This document shows positions 1 through 8,362 of a stretch of 64,000 nucleotides of DNA, in pieces. Positions within the stretch are counted from its first letter, which is position 1. Every line of letters begins with the position of its first letter. The notes under the pieces are model-generated. The model ran no database searches. It was not told the origin of the DNA and saw nothing but the letters and a program-made list of their open reading frames with translations. The DNA comes from an uncultured Acidobacteriota bacterium (GTDB taxonomy: Bacteria; Acidobacteriota; UBA6911): NCBI GenBank assembly GCA_963773605.1, contig CAVZBT010000012.1, positions 198,417 through 262,416 on the forward strand. The letters run 5' to 3'. A program made the position numbers and the translations under genes.

Positions 1-2
1 GC

Positions 3-206
3 GAACCGGTAACTTCGTACGCGTTCTCGGGGCATTGGCTCGACATCGGGCGTCCCGACGATTACCGGCAGGCGGTGGCGGAGTTCGAACTGGAGCAGGC
101 GCGGTACCTGAGAGAAGAGGTCGCCGCAGTGCCTCCGGCACCTCGGGCGGCACCCGAACGCGTGAAAGAAGGGACAATGGCCGAGTTACAGGTATTCGCA
201 GGATGA
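3..206 (+). CDS. C-terminal fragment of an NDP-sugar pyrophosphorylase-like nucleotidyltransferase (partial, runs off left edge)
   Basis: Frame 3 is open from the window edge to TGA at 204-206. The translation ..YAFSGHWLDIGRPDDYRQAVAEF.. resembles the G-x-W-x-DIG-x-P-x-DY C-terminal motif of sugar-1-phosphate nucleotidyltransferases. It is absent from the ORF track because no start codon lies in the window. Confidence 0.45.
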   Translation, partial: EPVTSYAFSGHWLDIGRPDDYRQAVAEFELEQARYLREEVAAVPPAPRAAPERVKEGTMAELQVFAG

Positions 207-342
207 TTAGACGGATGCGGCCCCCGGGAAGCAAGCGACCCGGTCCCTTTCGGCGCGGGAAATCGCGCATCTCCGCCAAAACACGTCACGGCGGCGCCAA
301 GGCGCTGCCTCCGAAACCGGCCCGCGGGCCGCAGGAATCCAG

Positions 343-960
343 ATGAAGCGCTGCTTTGACCTATTCCTTTCTGCGTTCGGACTCATCGTCCTCTCGCCGC
401 TGTTCCTCGTCATCGCGATCCTGGTGAAACGCGATTCGCCCGGCCCCGTGTTTTTCCGCGGCCCGCGCGTCGGCAAGGGGGGAAGAATATTCCGGATGCT
501 CAAGTTCCGCACAATGCACGAGCGCCCCGAGAGCTACGAGGGCCCGGCCTGACCTGCGAGACCGACAGCCGGATCACCGTCCTCGGGCGCTGGCTGAGGG
601 ACACGAAGTTGAACGAGCTCCCCCAGCTCTGGAACGTGCTCGACGGGGAAATGAGCCTGGTCGGCCCGCGCCCAGAGGATCCGGAGCTCCTGAAATCGTG
701 GCCCGCAGTCCTGGAGGCCGAAATTCTGTCGGTCCGCCCCGGCATGACGAGCCCCGCCAGCGTGCTGTACCACAGCGAGCAGAGCTGCTGTCCGGGACGG
801 AGTTCATCCGCCAGTACTTCAGGGACATCATGCCCGACAAGCTGCGCCTGGACCAGCTCTATGTGCGCAACCGCTCGTTCTCCCTTCGGACCTGGATGTG
901 CTGCTGTGCACCCTGGCCCTGTTCGTCCCGCGCAGCCCGGGGAAGCAGATCCCCGAAGCC
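343..960 (+). pseudogene. Polyprenyl-phosphate phosphoglycosyl transferase (bacterial sugar transferase, PglC/WbaP catalytic domain) interrupted by three frameshifts
   Basis: The domain is spread over frames 1, 3, 2 and 1. Pieces: MKRCFDLFLSAFGLIVLSPLFLVIAILVKRDSPGPVFFRGPRVGKGGRIFRMLKFRTM (343-552), TDSRITVLGRWLRDTKLNELPQLWNVLDGEMSLVGPRPE..PGMTSPASVLYHSEQ (552-782), ELLSGTEFIRQYFRDIMPDKLRLDQLYVRNRSFSL (782-886), DLDVLLCTLALFV (889-). Shifts lie near 541-552, 780-784 and 884-889. Confidence 0.75.
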
Positions 961-2307
961 AATCTTTTCGCGGGGCCGTTCGTGCGCCTTCTCCACCGAC
1001 ACCTGGCGTGGTTTATCCTCGACCTGTTGACGGCGCTCGCGGCGGCCGCCGGTGCCGGGTTCCTGTGGCGTTCGCAGGCGCCGCTCGACTGGGGGCTGCT
1101 CCCGCTGGCTGTTTTCGCCGCCCTGTTCGCGATTATGTTCAGCGTCGTGAACCTGCTGGCCGGTATGAACCGAATCGTCTGGTCGCAGGCCCCGGCGGAG
1201 GAGGGCCTCGGCCTGCTGTTGTCGAGCGGCGTCGTGATCGCGCTGGCGCTGTTGCTCAACGACATGCAGTTCACCTACCGGATACTCCCATACCCGCCGC
1301 TCCCGCCCGTCCTGATCGTGGCCATCGGGGCGCTCACGCAACTCGGGTCGGTGGTGTCCCGCTTCCGCCTGCGACTGGCCACTTTCTTTGCCGATGCGGT
1401 GTTGAGGCCGGGCTCCTCCGGGTACGGTGAACGGGTCATCATCGTCGGGGAGGGCGAGGGCAGCCAGATCGCCAGCTGGCTTCTGCGCCACCGGGTCTTC
1501 CGTCACGCCTTTTCCCTGATCGGCTTCGTTACGACCAATAACCCAACGGCGCGGGGCATGCGCGTGCACGGCTGCACTATCCTCGGGGGAATCGCAGAGC
1601 TGCAGTCGCTGATCGCGCGTCACGACGTCCGGATGCTGATCTACACGGTGCCAGACCTGGAGACCGAAACGAGCCGCAGCGCCTACGACGCGTGCCGGAC
1701 GTCGGGGATCAAAATCGCCTTCCTGCATGATCTGTTGGCGATCCTCGGGCGGCAGTTCGATCGCGGTGCCGGCGCCGACGAGTCCGAGCGGTGCAGCACG
1801 CGCCGGGGCGGCACCCGGCGGCTCTCCGACAATGTCCAGTCGATTTCGGACCGCAGGCTGCTCCAGCGGCGCCTCCGTCACTCGTTGGCGCTCGCTGAGC
1901 GTCGCATGGCCAGGCCCGCGATGCTCTTCATCGACATCGACGACGACGAAAACCTGCGCAAGCTCGAAGCCCGGCATGTCAGGGACGAACTCCTGACACT
2001 CATCGCGGAACGTCTGGTCCGGGTCAAGCGCGAGAGCGACCTGCTCGCGCGGTATACGGGCAAAGATTTTGCGCTCCTGCTGGAAGATGTCCCGGATGTC
2101 GGGGCGGTCCACACCATTGCACAGCGGATCGTCCGGCTTATGTCGGAACCGTTCAATGTCGGGGGTGTGCCGCTGGTGCTCAACGCGGACGTCGACGTCT
2201 GCCTCATCAACGACGAAAGCCTTGCTTCGACGAACGAAGACATCCTCGCGTTCCGTGCCGCACGGCACACCGGTGGTCGCGATTCCCGGGCGCGGGCAGT
2301 CTCATGA
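898..2307 (+). CDS. Membrane protein with a CapD/WbaP-type N-terminal module (TM helices plus CoA-binding-like Rossmann domain) and a C-terminal degenerate GGDEF domain; in frame with the last piece of the upstream sugar-transferase domain
   Basis: Hydrophobic N-terminus. GERVIIVGEGEGSQIASWLL..FSLIGFVTTN..MRVHGCTILGGIAELQSLIARHDVRMLIYTVP is typical of the CapD/WbpM/WbaP N-terminal half. The C-terminus AMLFIDIDDDENL..VKRESDLLARYTGKDFALLLEDV aligns to a GGDEF domain with TGKDF in place of GG(D/E)EF and RESD at the RxxD I-site position. Confidence 0.6.
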   Translation: MLLCTLALFVPRSPGKQIPEANLFAGPFVRLLHRHLAWFILDLLTALAAAAGAGFLWRSQAPLDWGLLPLAVFAALFAIMFSVVNLLAGMNRIVWSQAPAEEGLGLLLSSGVVIALALLLNDMQFTYRILPYPPLPPVLIVAIGALTQLGSVVSRFRLRLATFFADAVLRPGSSGYGERVIIVGEGEGSQIASWLLRHRVFRHAFSLIGFVTTNNPTARGMRVHGCTILGGIAELQSLIARHDVRMLIYTVPDLETETSRSAYDACRTSGIKIAFLHDLLAILGRQFDRGAGADESERCSTRRGGTRRLSDNVQSISDRRLLQRRLRHSLALAERRMARPAMLFIDIDDDENLRKLEARHVRDELLTLIAERLVRVKRESDLLARYTGKDFALLLEDVPDVGAVHTIAQRIVRLMSEPFNVGGVPLVLNADVDVCLINDESLASTNEDILAFRAARHTGGRDSRARAVS

Positions 2308-2423
2308 GCTGGACTGATACCGGCCCACCGAAGGCCGGGGATTCGGGCCGCAATCCGGCACCGCCCCGCTCACGGCGGTTCGCGCCCGGGGACGGAGGCG
2401 GCACGGAGAGGCCGGGCGCCTGA

Positions 2424-3131
2424 ATGCGGCCGCTTCACGCCTGGAGAACGGACCGCCTCGGCCGCACCACACTGACGAATAGGCGCCGGCTACTCCCTGC
2501 CGCAAGCGCGGTTCTGCTGGTCGTCGCCCTCCTCTTTTTTCTACGCGAATCCATCCTTCTGCTCGCGGGCGACTACCTGGTTATCCGCGACGAACTCCGG
2601 CCTGCCGACCTGATTCACGTCATCGCGGGCCCGGACTACCGTGCCGATCACGCCGCCGCCCTGTACCTGCGCGGATATGCCCCGGTTGTCTTTTTCACGG
2701 GAGGCTGGTGTGTCGACGAACATTACTATCACGGTGCGCACGGCCGGCAACGGGCGGTGCAGATGGGGGTGCCGGCAAGGGCGGTCGCCTCAGACGATTC
2801 AAGAGTGACGAGCACATATCAAGAGGTCCTCCGGCTGAAAGAGTTCATCGCTCAAAGCCCGGTCCCGATTCGGTCGGTGATCGTTGTCAGTGATCCCCAC
2901 CACATGCGGCGCGCCCGGTGGACTTATCACCAGATTCTGGGTTCCGGCATAGCCGTCCAGATGGCTCCGGTCCCCTTCGAATCTTCACCTTACCGGCGAC
3001 GTTGGTGGACCGAGGCCGCGTCGCGGAGGATGGTTTTTGACGAGTATCTGAAGATCGTGTATTACCACGCGAGATATCAACTCAGCCGCGGCCCGGTAAC
3101 CGACTGGCTGGCGTCGTTCGATCGCGAATGA
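2424..3131 (+). CDS. DUF218 (YdcF/ElyC/SanA-like) domain protein
   Basis: N-terminal TM segment, then LIHVIAGPDYRADHAAALYLRGYAPVVFFTGG..STYQEVLRLKEFI..VIVVSDPHHMRRA, which is the DUF218 pattern. Confidence 0.7.
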   Translation: MRPLHAWRTDRLGRTTLTNRRRLLPAASAVLLVVALLFFLRESILLLAGDYLVIRDELRPADLIHVIAGPDYRADHAAALYLRGYAPVVFFTGGWCVDEHYYHGAHGRQRAVQMGVPARAVASDDSRVTSTYQEVLRLKEFIAQSPVPIRSVIVVSDPHHMRRARWTYHQILGSGIAVQMAPVPFESSPYRRRWWTEAASRRMVFDEYLKIVYYHARYQLSRGPVTDWLASFDRE

Positions 3132-3162
3132 CCGCTTTCCTGCCTACTCATCCAGGTGTGCA

Positions 3163-3699
3163 GTGATGGAACATCTGTGCGGTTGCCAGATCCCGGGTCT
3201 GCAGGAGATTGCCGAAGGGAAAGCCGCCGCGGAGAACAAGGCGATTATCCTTAGCCTCAAACGCGCCCTGGCAAAACCATGGAACGGCCACGTGAAGAAG
3301 TGGTTGAAGAAGGCGTGGTGTCTCTGGAACGGACGAAGACCGCAGGGCTCCCGCGCCTCGAGCCCTACGGTTGGCCGGCCTGTCACTGTTGCGCTGAAGC
3401 CCGGCGACCGGGTTCGGGTTCGCTCCCGGGCGGAGATTCAGGCCACCCTGAACCCGTGGAACGAGCTCAAGGGGTGCGCATTCCTGGACGAAATGTGGCA
3501 GTATTGCGAAACAACCCAACGCGTTCTGCAACCACTCGAGAGATTCCTCGACGAAAGAGACTATACGGTAAAGAAGGCCCGGGGCATCATCCTGCTGGAA
3601 AGTGTGATCTGCCATGGCACTCCCGTCTTCGGCAGGTGCGATCGCTGCTGCTTCCTCTTCTGGAGAGAGGAGTGGCTCGAAAGGGTCGGCTCCGAGTAG
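3163..3699 (+). CDS. Hypothetical protein with Cys-rich C-terminus
   Basis: The ORF has a protein-like composition: KPGDRVRVRSRAEIQATLNPWNELKGCAFLDEMWQYCETTQRVL..VICHGTPVFGRCDRCCFLFWREEWLERV. The overlapping minus ORF 3148-3795 looks like a shadow. I do not recognise the family. Confidence 0.45.
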   Translation: MMEHLCGCQIPGLQEIAEGKAAAENKAIILSLKRALAKPWNGHVKKWLKKAWCLWNGRRPQGSRASSPTVGRPVTVALKPGDRVRVRSRAEIQATLNPWNELKGCAFLDEMWQYCETTQRVLQPLERFLDERDYTVKKARGIILLESVICHGTPVFGRCDRCCFLFWREEWLERVGSE

Positions 3700-3732
3700 G
3701 GAGCCGCGCGAAAAATCGAGCCAAACGGACTT

Positions 3733-3831
3733 TCGGGACGCAGACAAGCGCCGACAGACACTCACGGCATCTGATGATTGAGTCGGCGTCCTCATGGTTG
3801 TTCAGACTTCGCTTTCATGAATAATCCAGGT
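3733..3831. repeat. Left copy of a ~95-bp imperfect inverted repeat (partner at 12541-12632)
   Basis: The reverse complement of 3733-3831 aligns to 12541-12632. By manual alignment about 82 of 91 positions are identical, plus an 8-nt and a 1-nt indel. The shared core is AGCGAAGTCTGAAC..ATGAGGACGCCGACT.AATCATCAGATGCCGT....GTCTGTCGGCGCT. Confidence 0.85.
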
Positions 3832-3847
3832 TAAGGGCAGCACAGAC

Positions 3848-5077
3848 ATGCGCATCCTGATGCTTGTGCCTCACTACGAGCCTGATCTTGGTCCCAGCGC
3901 CCCCATGTTCACCATGCTCGCCACCGAGTTGGTGAAGCTCGGTCACCAGGTTTCGGTGATCGCCGCCGTGCCTCACTATCCGTCGGGGGATGTTGCGCCT
4001 CCCTACCGCGGCTTCAGAATCCGGCACTCGACCGAGAACGGCGTGAGAGTGATTCGGGTACCTCTGCCCTCCTTGAAACGTTCCAGGCTGGGTCCCCGCA
4101 TTCTTCAGTTTGCCTGCTATCAGGTGGGGGCGGCGCTCGCCGGAACCGGCCGGTCGTTCGATGTTGCTCTTGTGGTGAACCCTGCACTGTGGGTATGGCT
4201 CCCGTTTTTCTGGCTGGTGTCACGGCAGCGCAGACCGGCGGTTTTTTCCGTGTTCGATCTCTTTCCGCACGTAGGAGTGGCGCTCGGCATTTTCCGGCAC
4301 AAGTGGGTCACAGGTGCAGTAGCCCGCTTCGAGCGGTACTGCCTGCGCGGCTCCGCGGTCGTCGGCATCCTGTCGGACTCGTTCAGGCCCGGATTGCGTG
4401 AACTCGGGATCTCCGACGACAAGATGAGCCTTGTCCAGGTCTGGGTAGACACCGACCTTGTCCGCCCTATCCCGCGTGAGAACGACTTTTCGCAGGAACA
4501 CGACCTCGCCGATGCGTTCGTGGTGCTCTACGCGGGGAATCTCGGACTCTCACAGGGTCTCGAGGATGTGCTGGCGGCGGCCCAGATCCTGGCAGCGGAG
4601 AAAGACATTTGCTTTGTCTTCGTGGGTGACGGTTCCGGCCGTGAATCGCTGGTCCGGGAGGCGGCACGGCACAAGCTGTCCAACGTGCGCTTCCTGCCGT
4701 TCCAATCGCGCGAGCGCCTGCCTGAGGTGCTTGCCACCGCAAGTGTTTCCCTGGTTCTGCTCAGGAAGGGGATCGCCGCGGACTCTCTCCCCTCCAAGAT
4801 ATTTTCCATAATGGCAAGCGGCCGCCCCATCCTGGCCGCAGTCGATGAAGGCAGCAGGGCCTGGACCCTCGTGGAGTGCTCGAATGCCGGACTGTGCGTG
4901 CCGGCTCAAGTCCCGTCCGATCTGGCCAAGGCGATCCTGACTTTGAGGGACGATGCCGGTCTGCGGGAGAGTCTCGGCCGGAACGGTCGACAATGGGCGG
5001 AGAAATACCATTCGCCGCAGGCCGCTGCCCTGCATTACGAGGCGCTGGCCGCTGCGGCCATGGCATCGCGTTCATGA
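3848..5077 (+). CDS. Glycosyltransferase family 4 (WcaI-like)
   Basis: MRILMLVPHYEPDLGPSAPMFTMLATELVKLGHQVSVIAAVPHYPSG is a WcaI-type GT4 N-terminus. The C-terminal GT1/GT4 E-x7-E region is present. Confidence 0.85.
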   Translation: MRILMLVPHYEPDLGPSAPMFTMLATELVKLGHQVSVIAAVPHYPSGDVAPPYRGFRIRHSTENGVRVIRVPLPSLKRSRLGPRILQFACYQVGAALAGTGRSFDVALVVNPALWVWLPFFWLVSRQRRPAVFSVFDLFPHVGVALGIFRHKWVTGAVARFERYCLRGSAVVGILSDSFRPGLRELGISDDKMSLVQVWVDTDLVRPIPRENDFSQEHDLADAFVVLYAGNLGLSQGLEDVLAAAQILAAEKDICFVFVGDGSGRESLVREAARHKLSNVRFLPFQSRERLPEVLATASVSLVLLRKGIAADSLPSKIFSIMASGRPILAAVDEGSRAWTLVECSNAGLCVPAQVPSDLAKAILTLRDDAGLRESLGRNGRQWAEKYHSPQAAALHYEALAAAAMASRS

Positions 5078-5078
5078 T

Positions 5079-6023
5079 ATGAAAGCGGAAATCTTCGCGG
5101 AGTGGCTGCGCCGCCAGGGTCACCAGGTCGTAAGGAGCAGCAGCAGCTATTGGTTTGATGCCAGCCCGCGGGTTTACCAGGCTTTTCCGTATCACTGGGT
5201 GATCCAGCCTTCGGAACAGGAACTGAGCAGCTTCCTCCGGAGCCAACGGGCGGTGGGCTTGCGGTACTCCACTCCGGTCAGCCATCCGCTGGGCCGCATC
5301 AGTTACCACGTCGTGTATGACGGCTCCGAATACACCCTCGATCGCTTAGACCGTCGTACCCGTCAGAACGTGCGCCGCGGCCTGAGCCGATGCCGGGTGC
5401 AGGCACTTCCGATTCAGCGGCTGGCCGAGGAAGGCTGGGAACTCGAGGTGGATACGGCCCGTCGCCAGGGCCGGCACGTGGAGATAAGGAAAGAAAAGTG
5501 GCGCCAGCGCTATCTCTCGGCTTGCGACCTCGACGGCTTCGAAGCCTGGGGGGCCCTGGTGGAAGACCGCCTGGCGGCGTCGTTATTGACGTTTAAGATG
5601 GATGACTGCTGTGAAATGCTTTCGCAGCAGTGTCACGGCGACTACATCGATGAGCGCGTGAATCATGCTCTGGCCTTTACCGTTACCCACACAATGATGA
5701 GCCGCCCCGGCGTATCCTCTGTGTTCTATACGCTTCAGTCGCTCGACGCACCGCCCAGCGTCGACGCGTTCAAGTTTCGCATGGGCTACGTCGCCAAGCA
5801 GGTCCGCCAGCGTGTGGTTTTTCATCCCTGGCTTGCGCCGCTGATCGGTCCGGCCTGTCACGCGGCTGCCGAAAAACTCCGGCGCTGCAAGCCGGAGATT
5901 CCGAAACTGCCCAAAATCGCCGGCATGCTGCGTTTCTACCTGGAAGGGAAGAGTCCTCTCCTGGAGCAGCAATGGCCGGAGTGCATCGTGCGTGGAAATG
6001 ATGTGGGTGTGGTTAGAAGCTGA
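5079..6023 (+). CDS. FemAB/CelD-like GNAT-fold acyltransferase (putative)
   Basis: ATG at 5079 sits 2 nt after the upstream stop. Size and pattern (..FEAWGALVEDRLAASLLTFKMDDCCEMLSQQC..) resemble FemAB/BioF2-like acetyltransferase domains found in EPS loci. The assignment is weak. Confidence 0.5.
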   Translation: MKAEIFAEWLRRQGHQVVRSSSSYWFDASPRVYQAFPYHWVIQPSEQELSSFLRSQRAVGLRYSTPVSHPLGRISYHVVYDGSEYTLDRLDRRTRQNVRRGLSRCRVQALPIQRLAEEGWELEVDTARRQGRHVEIRKEKWRQRYLSACDLDGFEAWGALVEDRLAASLLTFKMDDCCEMLSQQCHGDYIDERVNHALAFTVTHTMMSRPGVSSVFYTLQSLDAPPSVDAFKFRMGYVAKQVRQRVVFHPWLAPLIGPACHAAAEKLRRCKPEIPKLPKIAGMLRFYLEGKSPLLEQQWPECIVRGNDVGVVRS

Positions 6024-6143
6024 ATCTCCGGGTTGACGCGGCGACGCGGCTCACAGGGGGTCCAGCGGACGCGCCCGGCAGACCAGCCCCGCCTGAGGCG
6101 GAACCCGGACAACACGTATCATCCGAGAACGGATACCCGACAG

Positions 6144-6773
6144 ATGACGCCGCGTATTTGGGACACTCCCTGGAAGATTCGGAACGAAATCTGGCGCTGC
6201 GTATGCTACCCGCGCGTGCGACTTCTTTTTGCTCTGAACGGGATCCGCTGGGGTCAAGGCTGGCGCATCCATGGAGTTCCTATCGTGCAAAAGCACCGTC
6301 GCAGCTCGATCAAATTCGGTCCCCGACTGGGCCTGCGCTCCTCCGTACGGGCCAACCCGCTGGGGACAAACCATCCGGTCATCATCGCCACCTGGCATGA
6401 GCGCGCCTGCCTCGAGGTGGGGGAGGATTTTGCCATGACAGGAGGCACGCTGTGTGCGGCCCAGCGTATTCTGATCGGCAACCGCGTCTCGATCGGTGCC
6501 AATACAACCATCGTAGATACCGATTTTCATCCTATTGATCCGGTCCTGCGGCGCTCCGCGCCCGGCGACGCCCGCACGGCCCCCGTGGTGATCGAGGACG
6601 ATGTCTTCGTCGGGATGAATTGCCTGATACTGAAGGGCGTCACGATTGGCAGGGGGAGCGTCGTCGGAGCCGGAAGCGTCGTTACTGCGGATGTGCCACC
6701 GTATGCTGTTGTCGGCGGCGGGCCGCTCAGACTGATCAGCCGATTGTCCTCGTCCTCCCAATCCAGCCGGTGA
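6144..6773 (+). CDS. Hexapeptide-repeat (LbH) O-acetyltransferase
   Basis: IGNRVSIGANTTIVDTDFHPI..VVIEDDVFVGMNCLILKGVTIGRGSVVGAGSVVTADVPPYAVVGG is a left-handed beta-helix acetyltransferase signature. Start chosen at the internal ATG 6144. Confidence 0.8.
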   Translation: MTPRIWDTPWKIRNEIWRCVCYPRVRLLFALNGIRWGQGWRIHGVPIVQKHRRSSIKFGPRLGLRSSVRANPLGTNHPVIIATWHERACLEVGEDFAMTGGTLCAAQRILIGNRVSIGANTTIVDTDFHPIDPVLRRSAPGDARTAPVVIEDDVFVGMNCLILKGVTIGRGSVVGAGSVVTADVPPYAVVGGGPLRLISRLSSSSQSSR

Positions 6774-7036
6774 GCAAGTATCGTTCGTCATAACTCGGCC
6801 TCCGCACACGAACCATCTCGCTGGGATCGTCGTGATGGGCCCATCGTCTTTCACAACGACAGGTACTCCCCGACCAGAATACTCGGCGCCATTCATGCCT
6901 CGCTTGAAAGTCGCGATCGACGAACATCGAACGTCATCGAAGCCACCCAAGTCCAAGAAGGTGCGTCCGATCTGCCCTCGAAACACGACTCGAGACCCGC
7001 GCTTCGGGTCGAAAAATCCAAACGCGTAGGAGTCCC

Positions 7037-8362
7037 ATGGACTCACCTTTGGTGGATGCCCTTACTCGCCTTGGGCCCCTGGATCTTGCCTTCCTCATTG
7101 CCGCATTCCTGCTGGTTTTCTGGCTTTCGCTCACGCGCCGCACATACGCGCTCATCTTCATCCTGGTCCTGAGCGCATCTTTTGCCGGTACTACCATCCC
7201 CATCCTGGACGCCACTGCATCCCTGGTGCGCTGGGCAGCCATACCCTTGATCGTCCTGTCCGGCCGACACCTCCCTGCACGGTTCGTTCCTCGCGGCTAT
7301 CTCTTCTTCTTGGGCTATGCAGTGCTCGGTTTTGTTTTCCTGTTTGCTGCCATATCCCCGGCCTGGCAGCTTCAACGGGCACTGCTACTCCTCGCCGTGG
7401 CCACAGCAATCCCATTTGCCTACTCCACGGCTTCCGAAGGCGATTTCAGGTCGTCCCTCGTATCGATTTCAGTCGCGGCCGCGCTTGTTCCCATCATAAA
7501 CCTGCCTTCATTTCATTCGGCTCTCGGCACGTCAGCCCGGTTCTCCGGGTATGCCGCGGGCGCACCGTTGTTCGCCGCCAGCCTTGGGGCCCTGCTGCCG
7601 TTTTCGCTGTGGGGATCCCTGATCGCCATTCCACGCAGTCTGAAACTGCTCTGTGCCACCGGTTTCCTGCTCGGGTTGTTCCAGCTGCTCCTGAGCGGTC
7701 AGCGTGCAGGTACCGTGGCAGGAATGGTCGCCGTATTACCGTTGGTGTTGTTGCACGGTCTTCGCAGAGGCAAGCTTCGGGCGACCCTGGCGCTTGCGTT
7801 GTTGTTGGTGATGTCGGCTGGTGCCGTGATGAGGTCCATAAGTACCGAAAAGCTCGAATTTCTGCAGGGCCGATACCGTCTCGAAGCGGGCGTGTCCGAT
7901 AGGGACCTGATATGGAAAAGTGCATATCGTCAGATTGCACGCAGCCCCTTGCTTGGCAGAGGTACAGGCGCCGCCGAGAGGGCATTCGACGGCAACAGTT
8001 ATCACAGCTCGTATCTCGAAGCGTGGTTTAACACGAGCCCTCTGGGGCTGATGCTGTTCGTGGGCTCGCAGATATATCTCCTTTTCAGGATCCGGTTTCT
8101 CTTTCGCAGGGCGAAAGACCCTGAGACACGGTCGATCCTGGCTCTTTCGCTCGGCTATCTGGCGGGATTTGTGTTTCTGGGAATCTTCGAGAGCGTGGGA
8201 GCAGGGGCAAGCAATGTCAACGTCGTCCTCTACATATTCCTGAGTGTCATGCTCTCTCAAGATGTCCTGTGCGCCAATTCTGCGGCGTCGGTGCGTCGTC
8301 TGAGAAGTTTTGTGCCTCAGACCGCAGCGACGCGGGGCTACAAGTTGAGGGCTGGGGCTTGA
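7037..8362 (+). CDS. O-antigen ligase-like / Wzy-type polymerase membrane protein
   Basis: Polytopic membrane protein of about 10-12 TM segments. The SGQRAGTVAGMV and SYHSSYLEAWFNTSPLGLMLF regions are typical of the O-antigen ligase (Wzy_C) family. Confidence 0.75.
   Translation: MDSPLVDALTRLGPLDLAFLIAAFLLVFWLSLTRRTYALIFILVLSASFAGTTIPILDATASLVRWAAIPLIVLSGRHLPARFVPRGYLFFLGYAVLGFVFLFAAISPAWQLQRALLLLAVATAIPFAYSTASEGDFRSSLVSISVAAALVPIINLPSFHSALGTSARFSGYAAGAPLFAASLGALLPFSLWGSLIAIPRSLKLLCATGFLLGLFQLLLSGQRAGTVAGMVAVLPLVLLHGLRRGKLRATLALALLLVMSAGAVMRSISTEKLEFLQGRYRLEAGVSDRDLIWKSAYRQIARSPLLGRGTGAAERAFDGNSYHSSYLEAWFNTSPLGLMLFVGSQIYLLFRIRFLFRRAKDPETRSILALSLGYLAGFVFLGIFESVGAGASNVNVVLYIFLSVMLSQDVLCANSAASVRRLRSFVPQTAATRGYKLRAGA

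Noticed and set aside
859-2268. Large antisense or overlapping ORFs opposite the called genes, for example 859-2268(-), 6051-7046(-), 22559-23689(-), 28008-29882(+), 30179-31231(+), 32372-34030(+), 41127-42746(+), 46592-47995(+), 47992-49308(+) and 54458-55921(+).
   Set aside because: These are typical high-GC shadow ORFs. They have Arg/Pro/Gly/Ala-rich low-complexity translations and no recognisable motifs. Each lies opposite a gene with clear family signatures.
3148-3795. A minus-strand 215-aa ORF and the N-terminal extension of ORF 12570-13841. Both begin MRTPT(Q/E)SSDAV.VCRR, which looks like a conserved peptide.
   Set aside because: The similarity is a by-product of the inverted DNA repeat. 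The differences between the two copies are not biased toward synonymous changes. The minus ORF is antisense to a more protein-like gene. The CapD-like domain starts at the internal ATG 12639.
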